Shown here piece by piece: positions 36,008 through 46,385 of a stretch of DNA of 64,000 nucleotides. Both the position numbers and the translations under genes were made by a program. The notes under the pieces were generated by a model. It made no database searches and was not told the origin of the DNA. It saw only the letters and a list, made by a program, of their open reading frames with translations. Location of the stretch: assembly GCA_010093745.1 (NCBI GenBank), contig MU005971.1:1-64000 (forward strand), written 5' to 3'. Source of the stretch: Piedraia hortae CBS 480.64 (Eukaryota). Numbering within the stretch: position 1 is the stretch's first letter; each line of letters opens with the position of its first letter.

Positions 36008-36663
36008 TTCAATTTCATGGAGCGGGGTGAACAACGTGTGCGGGGAGGGGGGGGGGAGCTTTCCTTGGCGTGATGATTTGATGAACTGTTTTGATGATGG
36101 GGCAAATTTAATTGTATATGAGGGCGGGGATGGTATTGATTCCGTGGAGAAGTTGAAGTATATGAATGTAATATCACTTCTGGTAGGTTGGTTAGTATTA
36201 CTCATTTGGCGCGACAATAAAGTTCAAGTGGGATTTATGGACCGTAGTCAATCTATCATAGGGCCCTCGGTGTCTCGGAACATTTACCACGAGGTGTGGA
36301 CATGACTCGTAGATTCTCTAATGTAGTTCAACTCTTTCCGAAAGAGAGAAAAACATTAAACCTAACTGAAACTTCAATCCCCAGACGGGTGTAACTTTTT
36401 ATATAAATTTTCTCGATGTGTGCAATTCTCGGTCCCCACGATGTGAGGTGCAAGATATCTGTCTCAGTTTCTCCCCTTGTTACTTTGCAAATACCACGAA
36501 GGTGAATGCGCGTGGATTAAGGTGGGTCTGGTTGTTCAGCTACACTTTTCCCACCATAGATGTACACAGAGCTTGGCTTTAAAGGGCTTTTGCAACCGGC
36601 AAGCACGCTCACAATATTTTTGGCAAATCTTCCGGTTAAACGCCCGGAACAGGCGGAAGGACG

Positions 36664-36666
<3 letters not shown>

Positions 36667-36702
<36 letters not shown>
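36667..36702. repeat. (AG)18 microsatellite
   Basis: Directly visible. Confidence 0.97.
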
Positions 36703-36707
<5 letters not shown>

Positions 36708-37010
36708 GAGAGTTTGGGATTACTCATGCCCAGCTCCTTGTTTGACTTATTCACAAAAGTACGGTGTTGAGCGACCACTTTAACCTAATGTAATTTACCA
36801 GTTCTTCTTGGGACGACGGGTTTCTTGAGGGTCAGAACGAACGCAGCACCGAAGGGCTCAAGTATTCTAGGGGCCTTGGAAGTAGAGATAGGCAACCCAC
36901 CATGTTCAAGACTAGGTATGGATGGGGCGATGCTTTTGAGGTCATAAACCCAAGGTCATAAATCCAATGTCCCAGTCGTTACGACATTTTCATTTCACTG
37001 CCACGAAAAT

Positions 37011-37973
37011 CTACATGAAAGGCTGACACTGCTTTTCACACCACTGCCAAAACTTCTCTCCCTCACCATTCCTCCCGATGTCCGGACGAAGCATGACAAA
37101 TCGACCCCAAGGGCCGATATACTTGTTCCTATTCTCCGGCTTTGCGGGCTCGGGGGCCCAGCCGGCAAACAACTCGGTATACCCACCAAACTTGGACGGG
37201 AAGACAATGTACTTCGCGATAAAAGTCTGCCATGCGGGGGAATGTCGCTGCAGCTCACTTTGAAGATTACCAGGATTCCAGGCATTGCTGACGACCCCAG
37301 AGGCGTCTCCGTAGAGAGCTTGCCACTGCTGAGCAAGAAGCACATTGCCCGCTTTGCTCTGGGCGTAATCCCTAAACTTGACATTGTGCACGCTGACGTT
37401 TCCTGAGCTATCAAAAGCCACGCCTCCAGTTGGGGAGGCCATAGTCCCCAACGAACCCGCCCAGGTCACCCGCACTGAGCCCGGAGGACTGCTTGCTGCG
37501 GTCTGCTTAAGGAGAGGTGTTAGGAAGTGCGCAAAGAGCCAGGGACCGAGGCAGTTCGTGCCCATTTGCAATTCGTGGCCTTGGACGGATTTTGATCCAA
37601 CGGGAGGGACCATGACCCCGGCATTGTTGGTCAATACGTCCAGCCTTCTCTCACGCTGTACAAAGTCCTGGGCACTGGCTTTGATGGTCGCTAAATCGGC
37701 GAGGTCGAGCTGCAGAAACTCCAGACGACCTTGGGACGTCGGGGCCGCGGCTTTGATTTCGTCCATGGCTTTTGCTGCTTTGTCAGGAGTGCGTCCAGCG
37801 ATATAGACGGTTCCGTTGCGCAGGTATAGCATTTTGGACAGTTCCTTGCCCACGCCAGCGTAGCCGCCCGTCACGATGAACACACGACCACTTTGGTCGG
37901 GAAGCTCCTTCTCCGTGAAGGTTGGAGCGGGAATGAACACGCATTGGCGGAGAGCATCGAGGTAGACAGCCAT
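37011..37973 (-). CDS. Short-chain dehydrogenase/reductase (retinol dehydrogenase-like)
   Basis: TGGYAGVG, NNAGVM, YAQSK and NPGNL. Confidence 0.93.
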   Translation of the reverse strand: MAVYLDALRQCVFIPAPTFTEKELPDQSGRVFIVTGGYAGVGKELSKMLYLRNGTVYIAGRTPDKAAKAMDEIKAAAPTSQGRLEFLQLDLADLATIKASAQDFVQRERRLDVLTNNAGVMVPPVGSKSVQGHELQMGTNCLGPWLFAHFLTPLLKQTAASSPPGSVRVTWAGSLGTMASPTGGVAFDSSGNVSVHNVKFRDYAQSKAGNVLLAQQWQALYGDASGVVSNAWNPGNLQSELQRHSPAWQTFIAKYIVFPSKFGGYTELFAGWAPEPAKPENRNKYIGPWGRFVMLRPDIGRNGEGEKFWQWCEKQCQPFM

Positions 37974-38679
37974 TGCTGAAGGTGTTGTAAGATGGGGAGT
38001 CCGAGGCCCGCGGGGTTGCCAGACGCAATTACGTCATGCTGCAGGAAGCTTCGTCGGTGGCGCATAATGCCATATCTGGTGTTTTTCATGTCAACCTAGT
38101 CGCTGGTCTTGGCAGTCTAGCTAGATTGGGTCGACTAGGCCACATTTTTTCCCACGCAAGCTCTGCATGAATAATTAACGTTTTAACGAATGCAGAGCAA
38201 ACATATGCATTTGGATCTGCCCTTGGCGCTCTAGCTTGTTGTTCATGGGCGATTAAGGTTGATCGAGTTCTGAACACCGTTTCAAGCGAAAAAAATCGTA
38301 CAGAAGGTCAGGCTAGTGGAATGTTGGTCATCTGCAGAGTACACCATTCGATTATTTCTATGTGCAACTTTTCTATGCAGCTGCTTATAATTGTGTGCGA
38401 TAATTTTGCATTGCATCGACTTAACTTTGATGAAGACGTGAAACATGTTCGTCACACAACACGGCAACTAAACCTCGCGCACGCTTAAAAAATGGTGCAC
38501 GCCAATATCCCAATAATAATTATAGCTAAAGCCTGGCGTGCAAAGGAGGGATGTCTGGAAAGATCCATCATAACTACATGTTTATTTCTACAATGAATAC
38601 TCAAAGAAGGTGGACTGGCATGGACGTACCATCGCACTCAAAGACCGCATCGCTGCCCTACCGATCAGTTGACCACAGT

Positions 38680-39901
38680 CTATTGAGAATTGTCATTGAA
38701 ATAACGTTGCATGATTTGTGTCGCAAGCCGGTCGTCGTACAGCCGCAGAGTTTGGAAAGAAGGAGCAATGGTCCGCAAAACTCGCGATGTCATGACAACA
38801 ATTTCATCATCCTCCATCTCGGCGAAAGTGATACCTTTCAAGCAAAGCTTTCGGAGGTAGGGGAACGTGCGTCGCCTCTCATATAGCAACTGAGTGAAGT
38901 CCAGGGAATCCCACACCCGGCAGTACTGCAAGCGAGAACAACACTCCCCCAGGGTTTTGAACAGTTTTCCATCTAAGACGCCTTCAAATACCATTTGGAA
39001 CATTTGCAGCCTGGGAAGGGAATAAAAAAGATGCCTCCAGTGTTGCTTGCTTGTCGAGAACACACCGATGCCAGATATACCCAGATTGTTCAAGAAGAAG
39101 CACAAGGAGCGCATGCTCGGCAGCCGCGCGAGGCTATCCAAAGAGGAATGAAACCTAACAAGCGTTTGGGATTCAGTGTTAACGATGATCTCGACATCCA
39201 AGTACTGCAGTCCCTGAAGCGTCGTGAGTACCTCAAAAACGCCGTGCGGCAAGATCGAGGGCACTATAGTGGGCCTTTTATTGGTGCTTCGTATTTTGCG
39301 GAACTCGGCCATAGAGGCCGGGGTGTTTGAGGGAAGAAGAGTCCTAAAGAGTGCGTCGTGCACATAGCCAAGTACATCCTAATGTTGCAATGAGTCACGC
39401 CGGAGGAGTTGCATCAAGGCGTTGATCACAGTCAGGTAGATAACATACTTGTACGTATCTCCGCCCAAGAAGCCGCCCGAGAAGACCTATCACCGCCGTA
39501 AGGTCAGCCCGAGGCTCAACCAGATAAAAATTTACTCCATGGCTGGGGATGCTCCCGAGTGCATCTTTGGTCAAGTCAAGGGTAGAGCGGGAAGTGCCCC
39601 TGGCATCATGCCGGCGGTTATGAATGTACAATGACTCCAAGCGGGGGAAAGAGTGTGTTCTTATCCTCTGTACCCAGCTGGGACTGGGCCTTAGATGCAA
39701 AGCCCGTACGAAATTCGCAGATTTTTGTCGGAGTTATGTCGGAACAGCCGCTAACTGCCTGCTGTCAATTTCTCCCCATAGGACTTCCATTCCTGGCCCG
39801 CACCAGTCCATAAACATTGGTAAAAAACCGTATAGTGAACGTCAACCGCCCGAGAGATGGCCTGCAGTCTCCGTCAGAATCTCGGCGGCAAGGTGCAGCC
39901 T
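38680..39901 (-). pseudogene. F-box/LRR pseudogene, copy 1
   Basis: Manual translation gives LAAEILTETAGHLSGG*RSLYGFLPMFMDW...EVLWGEI...PT*LRQKSANFVRALHLR, with stops at 39842-39844 and 39734-39736. LRR-like segments follow (FPRLESLYI, SLPRLQ, LGECCSRL, FPYLRKLCL). Confidence 0.75.
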
Positions 39902-40823
39902 TTGCGATCAATTCACTTGTGTAACTCGCAGCTGCGGTCTTGGAACGATAGGTCTGCTTTGTGGTTCCATATTCAAAGATATTCAGATATCCCGAGTTAT
40001 CTGGTACATATAAATGGCGGGATTGTTTGGCTGCAAGAATTCGTGGTGAGAAAGGATACTGACGCACTATGAAAAGATGGGTGGCAGATTTTAATGACGA
40101 AATACTCACCCGTTTCTTGCTGAACAGGACGCGAAGCCTTACAGCAGCAATCCAAGCGTGGGGCATCCATCAAGCAACCTATAGTCTTCACCCAACAACA
40201 ATCACACCGGTCTGAAGTAAGAACGTCCACAGCGGTCAGAGCCCCTATAGTGATGTCTTGCTGTCGATGTTAATAACACTTTGTTAGGTATCAATGGAAG
40301 TTTCTGCTTGTGTCTTTTTGATCAGTTTGAAGTCTTTATCACTACTTTGGGCGTTTTGACTCCGAATTGTCAGCAAGCTTGCGCGGTACCTGTATACTAC
40401 CAGAAGCATTCCTATCATCAATGTACTGCTTGAATGTAGGGCTATCGGGAGCAACGGTTCCTATGCATGCCAGATTTCCAGATTGCCAGTATGGATGACA
40501 CCGGTTTCCCAAAAGTTGTACATCGGGAAAAGGTTTGACTTTGGACGTTTCGCTTTAACGCGGTGTTGGCAATGCCAGCTATTTTCTATGAGGATGAGCG
40601 GAATGCCTCCCAACCGTAGCTCCCGAGGACAAGTTGCTCGACTACTTAAGGCGGTGTTCAGTGGTTCCTTTAGACGTGGGGCTGCCTAGTCGTCATCAAA
40701 TGGCGATGCGAGATCTTCTCGCAGTTAAAATCTCACAAGCGGTCTGCAACTCTCCACATTAAGAGCGGTGAACATTGAACTTGGCACAAAATAACTCAAA
40801 TTGAAATTAATGAACATGTGTAT

Positions 40824-42122
40824 CTAGCGAAACGCTCGAGCATGCACCCGAGTTGGGGCGGGCGTTACAGTAGTGTAACTGGTGCGGGTGAGAGTGACGG
40901 TGACATCTTGATCGGCTAATGCTGGAAGCTTGGCCGCGCCGATGAAACCACTGGCAACTGTAGAAATAGGACTCACCTTAGAGTGATAAGGCACGGTGGT
41001 GGTGCTGGTTCGCTGGATGGTAACGGTGACTTCGCCATCGGAGCTGCCGGTGCTTGTTGCCTTTGTAGTTGCGAGGGGCGTTGTCTGAGCAGCCACACCA
41101 TTCACATTCTCGGTAAGAGGGACGAGCATCTGGTTCATCTTCAGGGCAGAAGTGTAAGCCTCACCAGTGAAAACACTTACCGGGGCACATGTTGTTAGGG
41201 GTGCGGCGGAGCTGGATGAAACGCAAAATCCACCAGTTGACGTCGGAGGATCGATGACAGGCGAGGCGGTGTAGGCAGTACGGCCGCGGAAGTTGCTAAC
41301 AGCCTTTGTTTGAGGGTCTTCCTGAGCCAAAGTATGAGGACTTGCCACCTTGGGAAGGGCGTTGACCACGTCAAAATCTGCGCAGGTCGTGTAGTACTCA
41401 TCCTTGCCGTCAGGAAAGGTGCAGTCTGCATTTGGCTCGGTTGGCCACTGCCATACCCAGTAGGTGGTCAAAGTGCCCGCGGGCTGAGAAGTCGGAATTT
41501 GAACATCGGACTCGCACCACTGTTCCAAACTGGTAGTAGCTTGTCCGGGGGCGTGATCGGGAAAGAGAACTTGGCGCGTAAGGGAGATGTTGCCGCAGTT
41601 GAGCTGGTGGCAACGGCCATCGTCGTAATTCTGCGCAGACATGAGGAATCCCTTTCCATTACCACCATGGCCATCACGCGTCCATTGAAGAACGTCGGCA
41701 ATCTTTTCTTGTTGAGAAGGCTTTGTGGTACCATAGACAAAGACAGTGCCGCTGGCCTTGGGTTTGCCAAGTTGTCCCCACGGGAGAGTAACGTGGCCGT
41801 TTTCCAGGTATTTCATGGCGACAAAGTCTCCAGGACGGACCTTGAGTTTTGGGTAGTTAGGATTGGCGTAATTTGAGGTTCGTTGTGATGGATGGCAGAG
41901 GAGATCGTCTGAATTGATCCGGTTCCGGCCGGAGTCAAGAGCAGGAAGTTGGTATTTGACCGCTTCTCCGTTGAACTGTGGATCGGTGCGGCCGACATAT
42001 CCCCGAGAGAAACCCCGATCGCCGATGTAGTTGCCATCAGGGCCGATGACTTGATATTCCTCAATCCAGGAGTGGCCAGCAGCCAGTCCAAGCAGGCCGA
42101 TTGTGACAAAAGTAGTGAGCAT
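40824..42122 (-). CDS. Secreted protein with a predicted N-terminal His, a Cys-containing domain and an S/T/P-rich tail (LPMO-like candidate)
   Basis: Signal peptide MLTTFVTIGLLGLAAG|HSW; motifs YLENGHVT, YWVWQW and DEYYTTCADFDV. Confidence 0.85.
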   Translation of the reverse strand: MLTTFVTIGLLGLAAGHSWIEEYQVIGPDGNYIGDRGFSRGYVGRTDPQFNGEAVKYQLPALDSGRNRINSDDLLCHPSQRTSNYANPNYPKLKVRPGDFVAMKYLENGHVTLPWGQLGKPKASGTVFVYGTTKPSQQEKIADVLQWTRDGHGGNGKGFLMSAQNYDDGRCHQLNCGNISLTRQVLFPDHAPGQATTSLEQWCESDVQIPTSQPAGTLTTYWVWQWPTEPNADCTFPDGKDEYYTTCADFDVVNALPKVASPHTLAQEDPQTKAVSNFRGRTAYTASPVIDPPTSTGGFCVSSSSAAPLTTCAPVSVFTGEAYTSALKMNQMLVPLTENVNGVAAQTTPLATTKATSTGSSDGEVTVTIQRTSTTTVPYHSKVSPISTVASGFIGAAKLPALADQDVTVTLTRTSYTTVTPAPTRVHARAFR

Positions 42123-42597
42123 TATGTTAAGGTCCAGCCTTGATATTAACGTGTTTATAAATGTTGATTAGACGAGGGCACGGCCCGGAGGGTTTAATCG
42201 TTTGAGAAGAGATTTGGCGAGAGGAAAAAGTGGTCCTGAAAGGTACGTCGAGGCTCTTATGCTTTTGAGACAAAGCATTGATAACAATGAAGATGGGCAA
42301 AGGACGCACAACGGATTATTCTAAACCAAGATTCATAACCAAGGATCCTAAGAACCGAACATACAAAGAAAACAAGGTCTAGACCTCATGGAATACATGT
42401 GTATAGGTAATCGGATGTCGTCACCTGGAGAGGCTTAAAAGGTGGATTCGGAACCTGGCTTAAAAATCTTTGTTTGCTCGTAGCAAGCAAACGCTGTGGT
42501 CTGTGGTATTGGGCCACTGACAACCCAATGACGGACCCCGACGGGTTTTCTGCCACATGTGAATGTTACATGGGCAGGAAATATCCAGCCACAAAGT

Positions 42598-42766
42598 ACG
42601 CGTCGAGGCATCGCGGGGCCGGGCCGAGCCGAACGCGTAAAGTGGGCTTGGCAAGGGAGACGCGTTTTGGATGAGCTCGACGACCAGCAAGGACATAGAG
42701 CAGTGGGATGAAATACAGAGGAGATGAAATCGTGAAACCGACGCGTCTAGCAATTTTTGGACGCGT
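42598..42766. promoter_or_regulatory. Cluster of five MCB (ACGCGT) elements
   Basis: Perfect sites at 42598, 42633, 42660, 42741 and 42761, about 215-380 bp upstream of the TOS4-like ATG. Confidence 0.8.
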
Positions 42767-42979
42767 TGAGGCGGTGAAATCGGACAAAATTCCTCGGCGT
42801 ATGTGCCGCCTCGCGGCCCAAGCGCCAGCTCCAAGCGCGTCTTGCGGCGTGTTCCAAGCGTGTAGCGTTGATTCCTTCAATCTTCCTTCTCTCTCTCTAT
42901 CTCTCTCTCCATTGTCTCTCGTTTTTCTGTCAGCCTCCAGCTGCTGCTAGGCTCTGATTAGCCATTGACAGCTTCGTCC

Positions 42980-44233
42980 ATGGAGTCGACAGATCCAGCG
43001 CGTCGGACTCGTTCGGTGGACTGTGTGCCCAAGGCTGCAGCATCGGCATCGACAGGCCTCTCGCTTGTCCTGGAGGCCCTCGAGACGGCAGACGGCTCTC
43101 CACGTCAACCACCCGTGGACTCGGGGTCTCTGTCGACGTCTCTCGACCGGAAGACGGACCCTTCGCCCGTCGCTTCCCGACCCTCGCTGCTGCCGGCCTT
43201 TGAACCCTCGTGCTCTCCGTCCCTGCCCAAGTCCAACAAACGCAAATATGACGACTACGACGTCTCATATCCCTCTCCGATACCCACATCCTCTGCTGCT
43301 CCCTCATCATCGAGGGCTTCAGCATCCCGCCCGGCCGCCCCTACCATCTCAGCCCTCATGGAGCGAGCTCCGCTGGCTGCAGTGCCTACACTGGTACTCC
43401 CGGCCAACGGAGAGCCGCTGCTAATGGGCCGCAGCAGCAACTCGTCAGACTACCAGCTCACGGGCGGTCGGCAAATCTCCCGCATTCACATACGGGCATC
43501 ATATCTGGCCGCAGAGCCCGAAGCTACCGACGGCAAGATTGAGGTCGAGTGTCTTGGGTGGAATGGTGCAAAAGTTCATTGTCGTGGTAGCGTCTTTTCC
43601 CTGAACAAAGGCGACATCTTCGTCACGGAACAGACCAAGACGCAAGTTCTGGTAGACGTTCATGACGCTCGAGTCATCTTGCTTTGGCCACAGCAGAGCC
43701 CTCTATCACCTGACTCTGACACGGAGACGGAGCCTGACTCGGCCTCCCCCACTCCGCGTGCAAAGAGAGCACGAACATCATCGCTTGACGCCTTTGAGTC
43801 CAGCCCACCCCGCTTTCTCCTGCCTGCCGACTCCCCGGGAACCCCCACGCCTGCTGAACGAAGAGTGAAATCACCCGCATCGCTCAGTGATGAGGCCCCC
43901 GACACACTTACACCTTTTGGTGTGACAGATGCACATATCACAGGGCACCAACACGATACCGGCGTTGTCGAAGTGTACGAGGATGCGAGCGAGGACGAGG
44001 AAGCCGTAAAAGCGGCATCAAAATGGTCACCGGTTTCAGCTAACGAAGCCAACCCACCTCTGCGCCCGGTTTCTAAATCGCCAACGCCGGATCATGATGA
44101 CGAGAACGACGCATTGCAGACGTTTGTAACAAATGTGCCTCAGCCAGGCAGTGTGTCAAAGGCCTTGTGGCCAGCTGATGACGAGAATGATGAGGAGTTT
44201 GAATGCAATCACATTGGTAATGGCAGGACATAA
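42980..44233 (+). CDS. TOS4: Tos4/Plm2-like FHA-domain protein
   Basis: YPSPIPTSS and the FHA motifs MGRSSNSSDYQL, ISRIHI and ECLGWNG, plus the MCB-rich promoter. Confidence 0.78.
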   Translation: MESTDPARRTRSVDCVPKAAASASTGLSLVLEALETADGSPRQPPVDSGSLSTSLDRKTDPSPVASRPSLLPAFEPSCSPSLPKSNKRKYDDYDVSYPSPIPTSSAAPSSSRASASRPAAPTISALMERAPLAAVPTLVLPANGEPLLMGRSSNSSDYQLTGGRQISRIHIRASYLAAEPEATDGKIEVECLGWNGAKVHCRGSVFSLNKGDIFVTEQTKTQVLVDVHDARVILLWPQQSPLSPDSDTETEPDSASPTPRAKRARTSSLDAFESSPPRFLLPADSPGTPTPAERRVKSPASLSDEAPDTLTPFGVTDAHITGHQHDTGVVEVYEDASEDEEAVKAASKWSPVSANEANPPLRPVSKSPTPDHDDENDALQTFVTNVPQPGSVSKALWPADDENDEEFECNHIGNGRT

Positions 44234-44302
44234 TAGCATATTAGAAAATTTAACGAAGGTAGTGTAGTTATCAAAACTGGGGGAACCATTTACACATTCT
44301 CA

Positions 44303-44815
44303 TCAGCCTCTAGTCGGCGACAGTGGCCTGTTGAAGCCGCCAGAGCGGTTCATGTACTGCCTGAACTCGGCCTTTTTCACCTTTCTGACGCCGTAGTTTT
44401 TGTCATTGCCCGGCACCTTGGTATTCTGCGTACTGCGAAAAGAGGAGAAGCCCATGATCGTCTGTAGCTGCTCTTCTTCCGTCATTCCGTCTAATGCTCG
44501 TGCTGTACCCTTTGACGTAGCCGCTGCTCTCGTTTGCGTCTGTCGCTTATACCCATCCTCCTCCCTCGCCCGTAAAGGAGACATTTCTCTTAAATTCTGC
44601 CTATCTCTGTCGTTGCGTCGCTCACGCCGCGGTGATCTTGACCGCGTCCTTGAGCGCGGCCGAGCCCGATCGTTGTACGGTGCGCGGTTATGCTGGGGCC
44701 GCGCGCGCGGAGCATGACGACGTTCGATGTGCGGAGAGCGAGCGCGCGGCGGTGGTCGGCGATTAGTACTGTATGGACTGGCTTCGCGCTTCTTGGGGTT
44801 GGTGTTTCGGTCCAT
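44303..44815 (-). CDS. SNRNP27: U4/U6.U5 tri-snRNP 27-kDa protein
   Basis: RS-rich N-terminus; MGFSSFRSTQNTKVPGN; RQYMNRSGGFNRPLSP. Confidence 0.92.
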   Translation of the reverse strand: MDRNTNPKKREASPYSTNRRPPPRARSPHIERRHAPRARPQHNRAPYNDRARPRSRTRSRSPRRERRNDRDRQNLREMSPLRAREEDGYKRQTQTRAAATSKGTARALDGMTEEEQLQTIMGFSSFRSTQNTKVPGNDKNYGVRKVKKAEFRQYMNRSGGFNRPLSPTRG

Positions 44816-44855
44816 GTGATGTTGTCGGGCTGGGCGGTTGTCGGAATGCTGATTT

Positions 44856-45026
44856 AGCAGATGTGTTCCGACGCAGTTTGTAGTGAAAAAGGTGGCTCTC
44901 AGATCGACTCGGCAGAAAGGAGACTGAGATATCTTCCTATAATGACGTCTAGCGACGATAACTTTTTCTCGCCAACGTGAACGCATCAGCGGCATGGGCC
45001 GTTCCGCATACCGACTCCAACCCTAT
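44856..45026. repeat. Dispersed intergenic repeat, copy R4
   Basis: 44888-45026 matches 238-376. The 5' part (agcagatgtgt) matches the reverse complement of R1/R3. Confidence 0.9.
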
Positions 45027-45296
45027 GATAAACTGTTTGTGGCGCGACGGAGCTGGTGACTGAAGAACTAATGACTCTGGGACTGCTGCACAGAATTCGC
45101 TACGACAATACGCGATTGAAATATATGCATGAACACAAATGGCAACAGAAAGGCTCCCCACTCACCACCATCCCTCCTCTCCACCAGCATCTCGTCCAAC
45201 CCCACAGCCCCCGCGTCGCGAATTTTACCCCGCAACGCGACCGCACGTGATGTCATCACTCGTCCAAACCACCCCCACCGCATCCCAACCGCAACC

Positions 45297-46238
45297 ATGC
45301 GCCTCCCAACCCTCCTACTACCCCTCGCCCTCCCAACCCTCGCCACGTCCCCCCTCCCACTCATAATCTGGCACGGCCTCGGCGACACATATACCGCGCC
45401 CGGCCTCCATGAAGTAGGCCAATTCGCCCAGAAGACCCACCCGGGGACGTACATCCACTACATCCACCTCTCCGACGACAGCAGTCGAGACCGCAGTTCC
45501 AGCTTCCTCGGAAACATCACAACCCAACTTACAACCGTCTGCGCCCAACTTCACTCCAACAAAAACCTCCTCTCCCGGGACGGAAAAACCCTCCGCGTCG
45601 ACGCCCTAGGGTTCAGCCAAGGCGGGCAACTCCTCCGGGGCCTCCTCCAGCGCTGCGAGGGTCTGAGTATCCGAAGCCTTGTTACCTTCGGAAGCCAACA
45701 TAACGGGATCACGCAGTTTCAAGCCTGTGGGGCGTATGATGTCCTCTGTAAAGGCGCCATGGCGCTTGTAGGTGCCCAGGTCTGGGGTCCAGCTGCGCAG
45801 GGACATGTCGTCCCCGCGCAGTATTTTCGCCCGGTTGATGCCAAGACCGGGCATCCGCCCAGGGAGTTTTTTGAATATTCGAATTTTTTGGCGGACGTTA
45901 ATAACGAGCGGGAGAGCAAGGATTGGAGGTATAAGACTGCGATTGCGGGGTTGGAGCAGTTTGTGATGTTTGTATTTGGGGAGGATGAACTTGTTGTGCC
46001 CAAGGAGTCGGGGTGGTTTGGGGAGGTTAATGTTACGACGGGGGAGGTGGTTTCGGTTAGGGAGAGGGAGGTTTATAAACGGGATTGGTTGGGGTTGAGG
46101 GTGCTGGATGAAAGGGGGGGGTTGGTGTTTAGGACCACGCCAGGGAGGCATATGGAGTTGACGGGGGAGGTGATTAGAGAGGTTTGCGAGAGATATTTTG
46201 GGGGGGAGAGGGCGGTGGGGTTTAGGGAGTTTCTCTGA
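45297..46238 (+). CDS. PPT1: Palmitoyl-protein thioesterase
   Basis: Signal peptide, PLIIWHGLGD, GFSQGG, SQHNG, FLADVNNER and PGRHM. Confidence 0.93.
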   Translation: MRLPTLLLPLALPTLATSPLPLIIWHGLGDTYTAPGLHEVGQFAQKTHPGTYIHYIHLSDDSSRDRSSSFLGNITTQLTTVCAQLHSNKNLLSRDGKTLRVDALGFSQGGQLLRGLLQRCEGLSIRSLVTFGSQHNGITQFQACGAYDVLCKGAMALVGAQVWGPAAQGHVVPAQYFRPVDAKTGHPPREFFEYSNFLADVNNERESKDWRYKTAIAGLEQFVMFVFGEDELVVPKESGWFGEVNVTTGEVVSVREREVYKRDWLGLRVLDERGGLVFRTTPGRHMELTGEVIREVCERYFGGERAVGFREFL

Positions 46239-46385
46239 TGGAGCGAAGTAACGTTGGGATTTGGGGGCACAAGTATGGAATTTTGTATGGATTGAGATGC
46301 CGTAATGTATGATCATTGTGTTTGGCAATGGAGATAGGTAACAGAAGCAAACGGAGAAACACCTGTATACCTGTATAATACACAC

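Noticed and set aside
44950..44995. Hammerhead-like CTGATG...GAAA on the minus strand of the repeat
   Set aside because: The core is CTGATGC rather than CTGANGA, GAAA is not kept in copy R2, and no consistent stems I and III are present.
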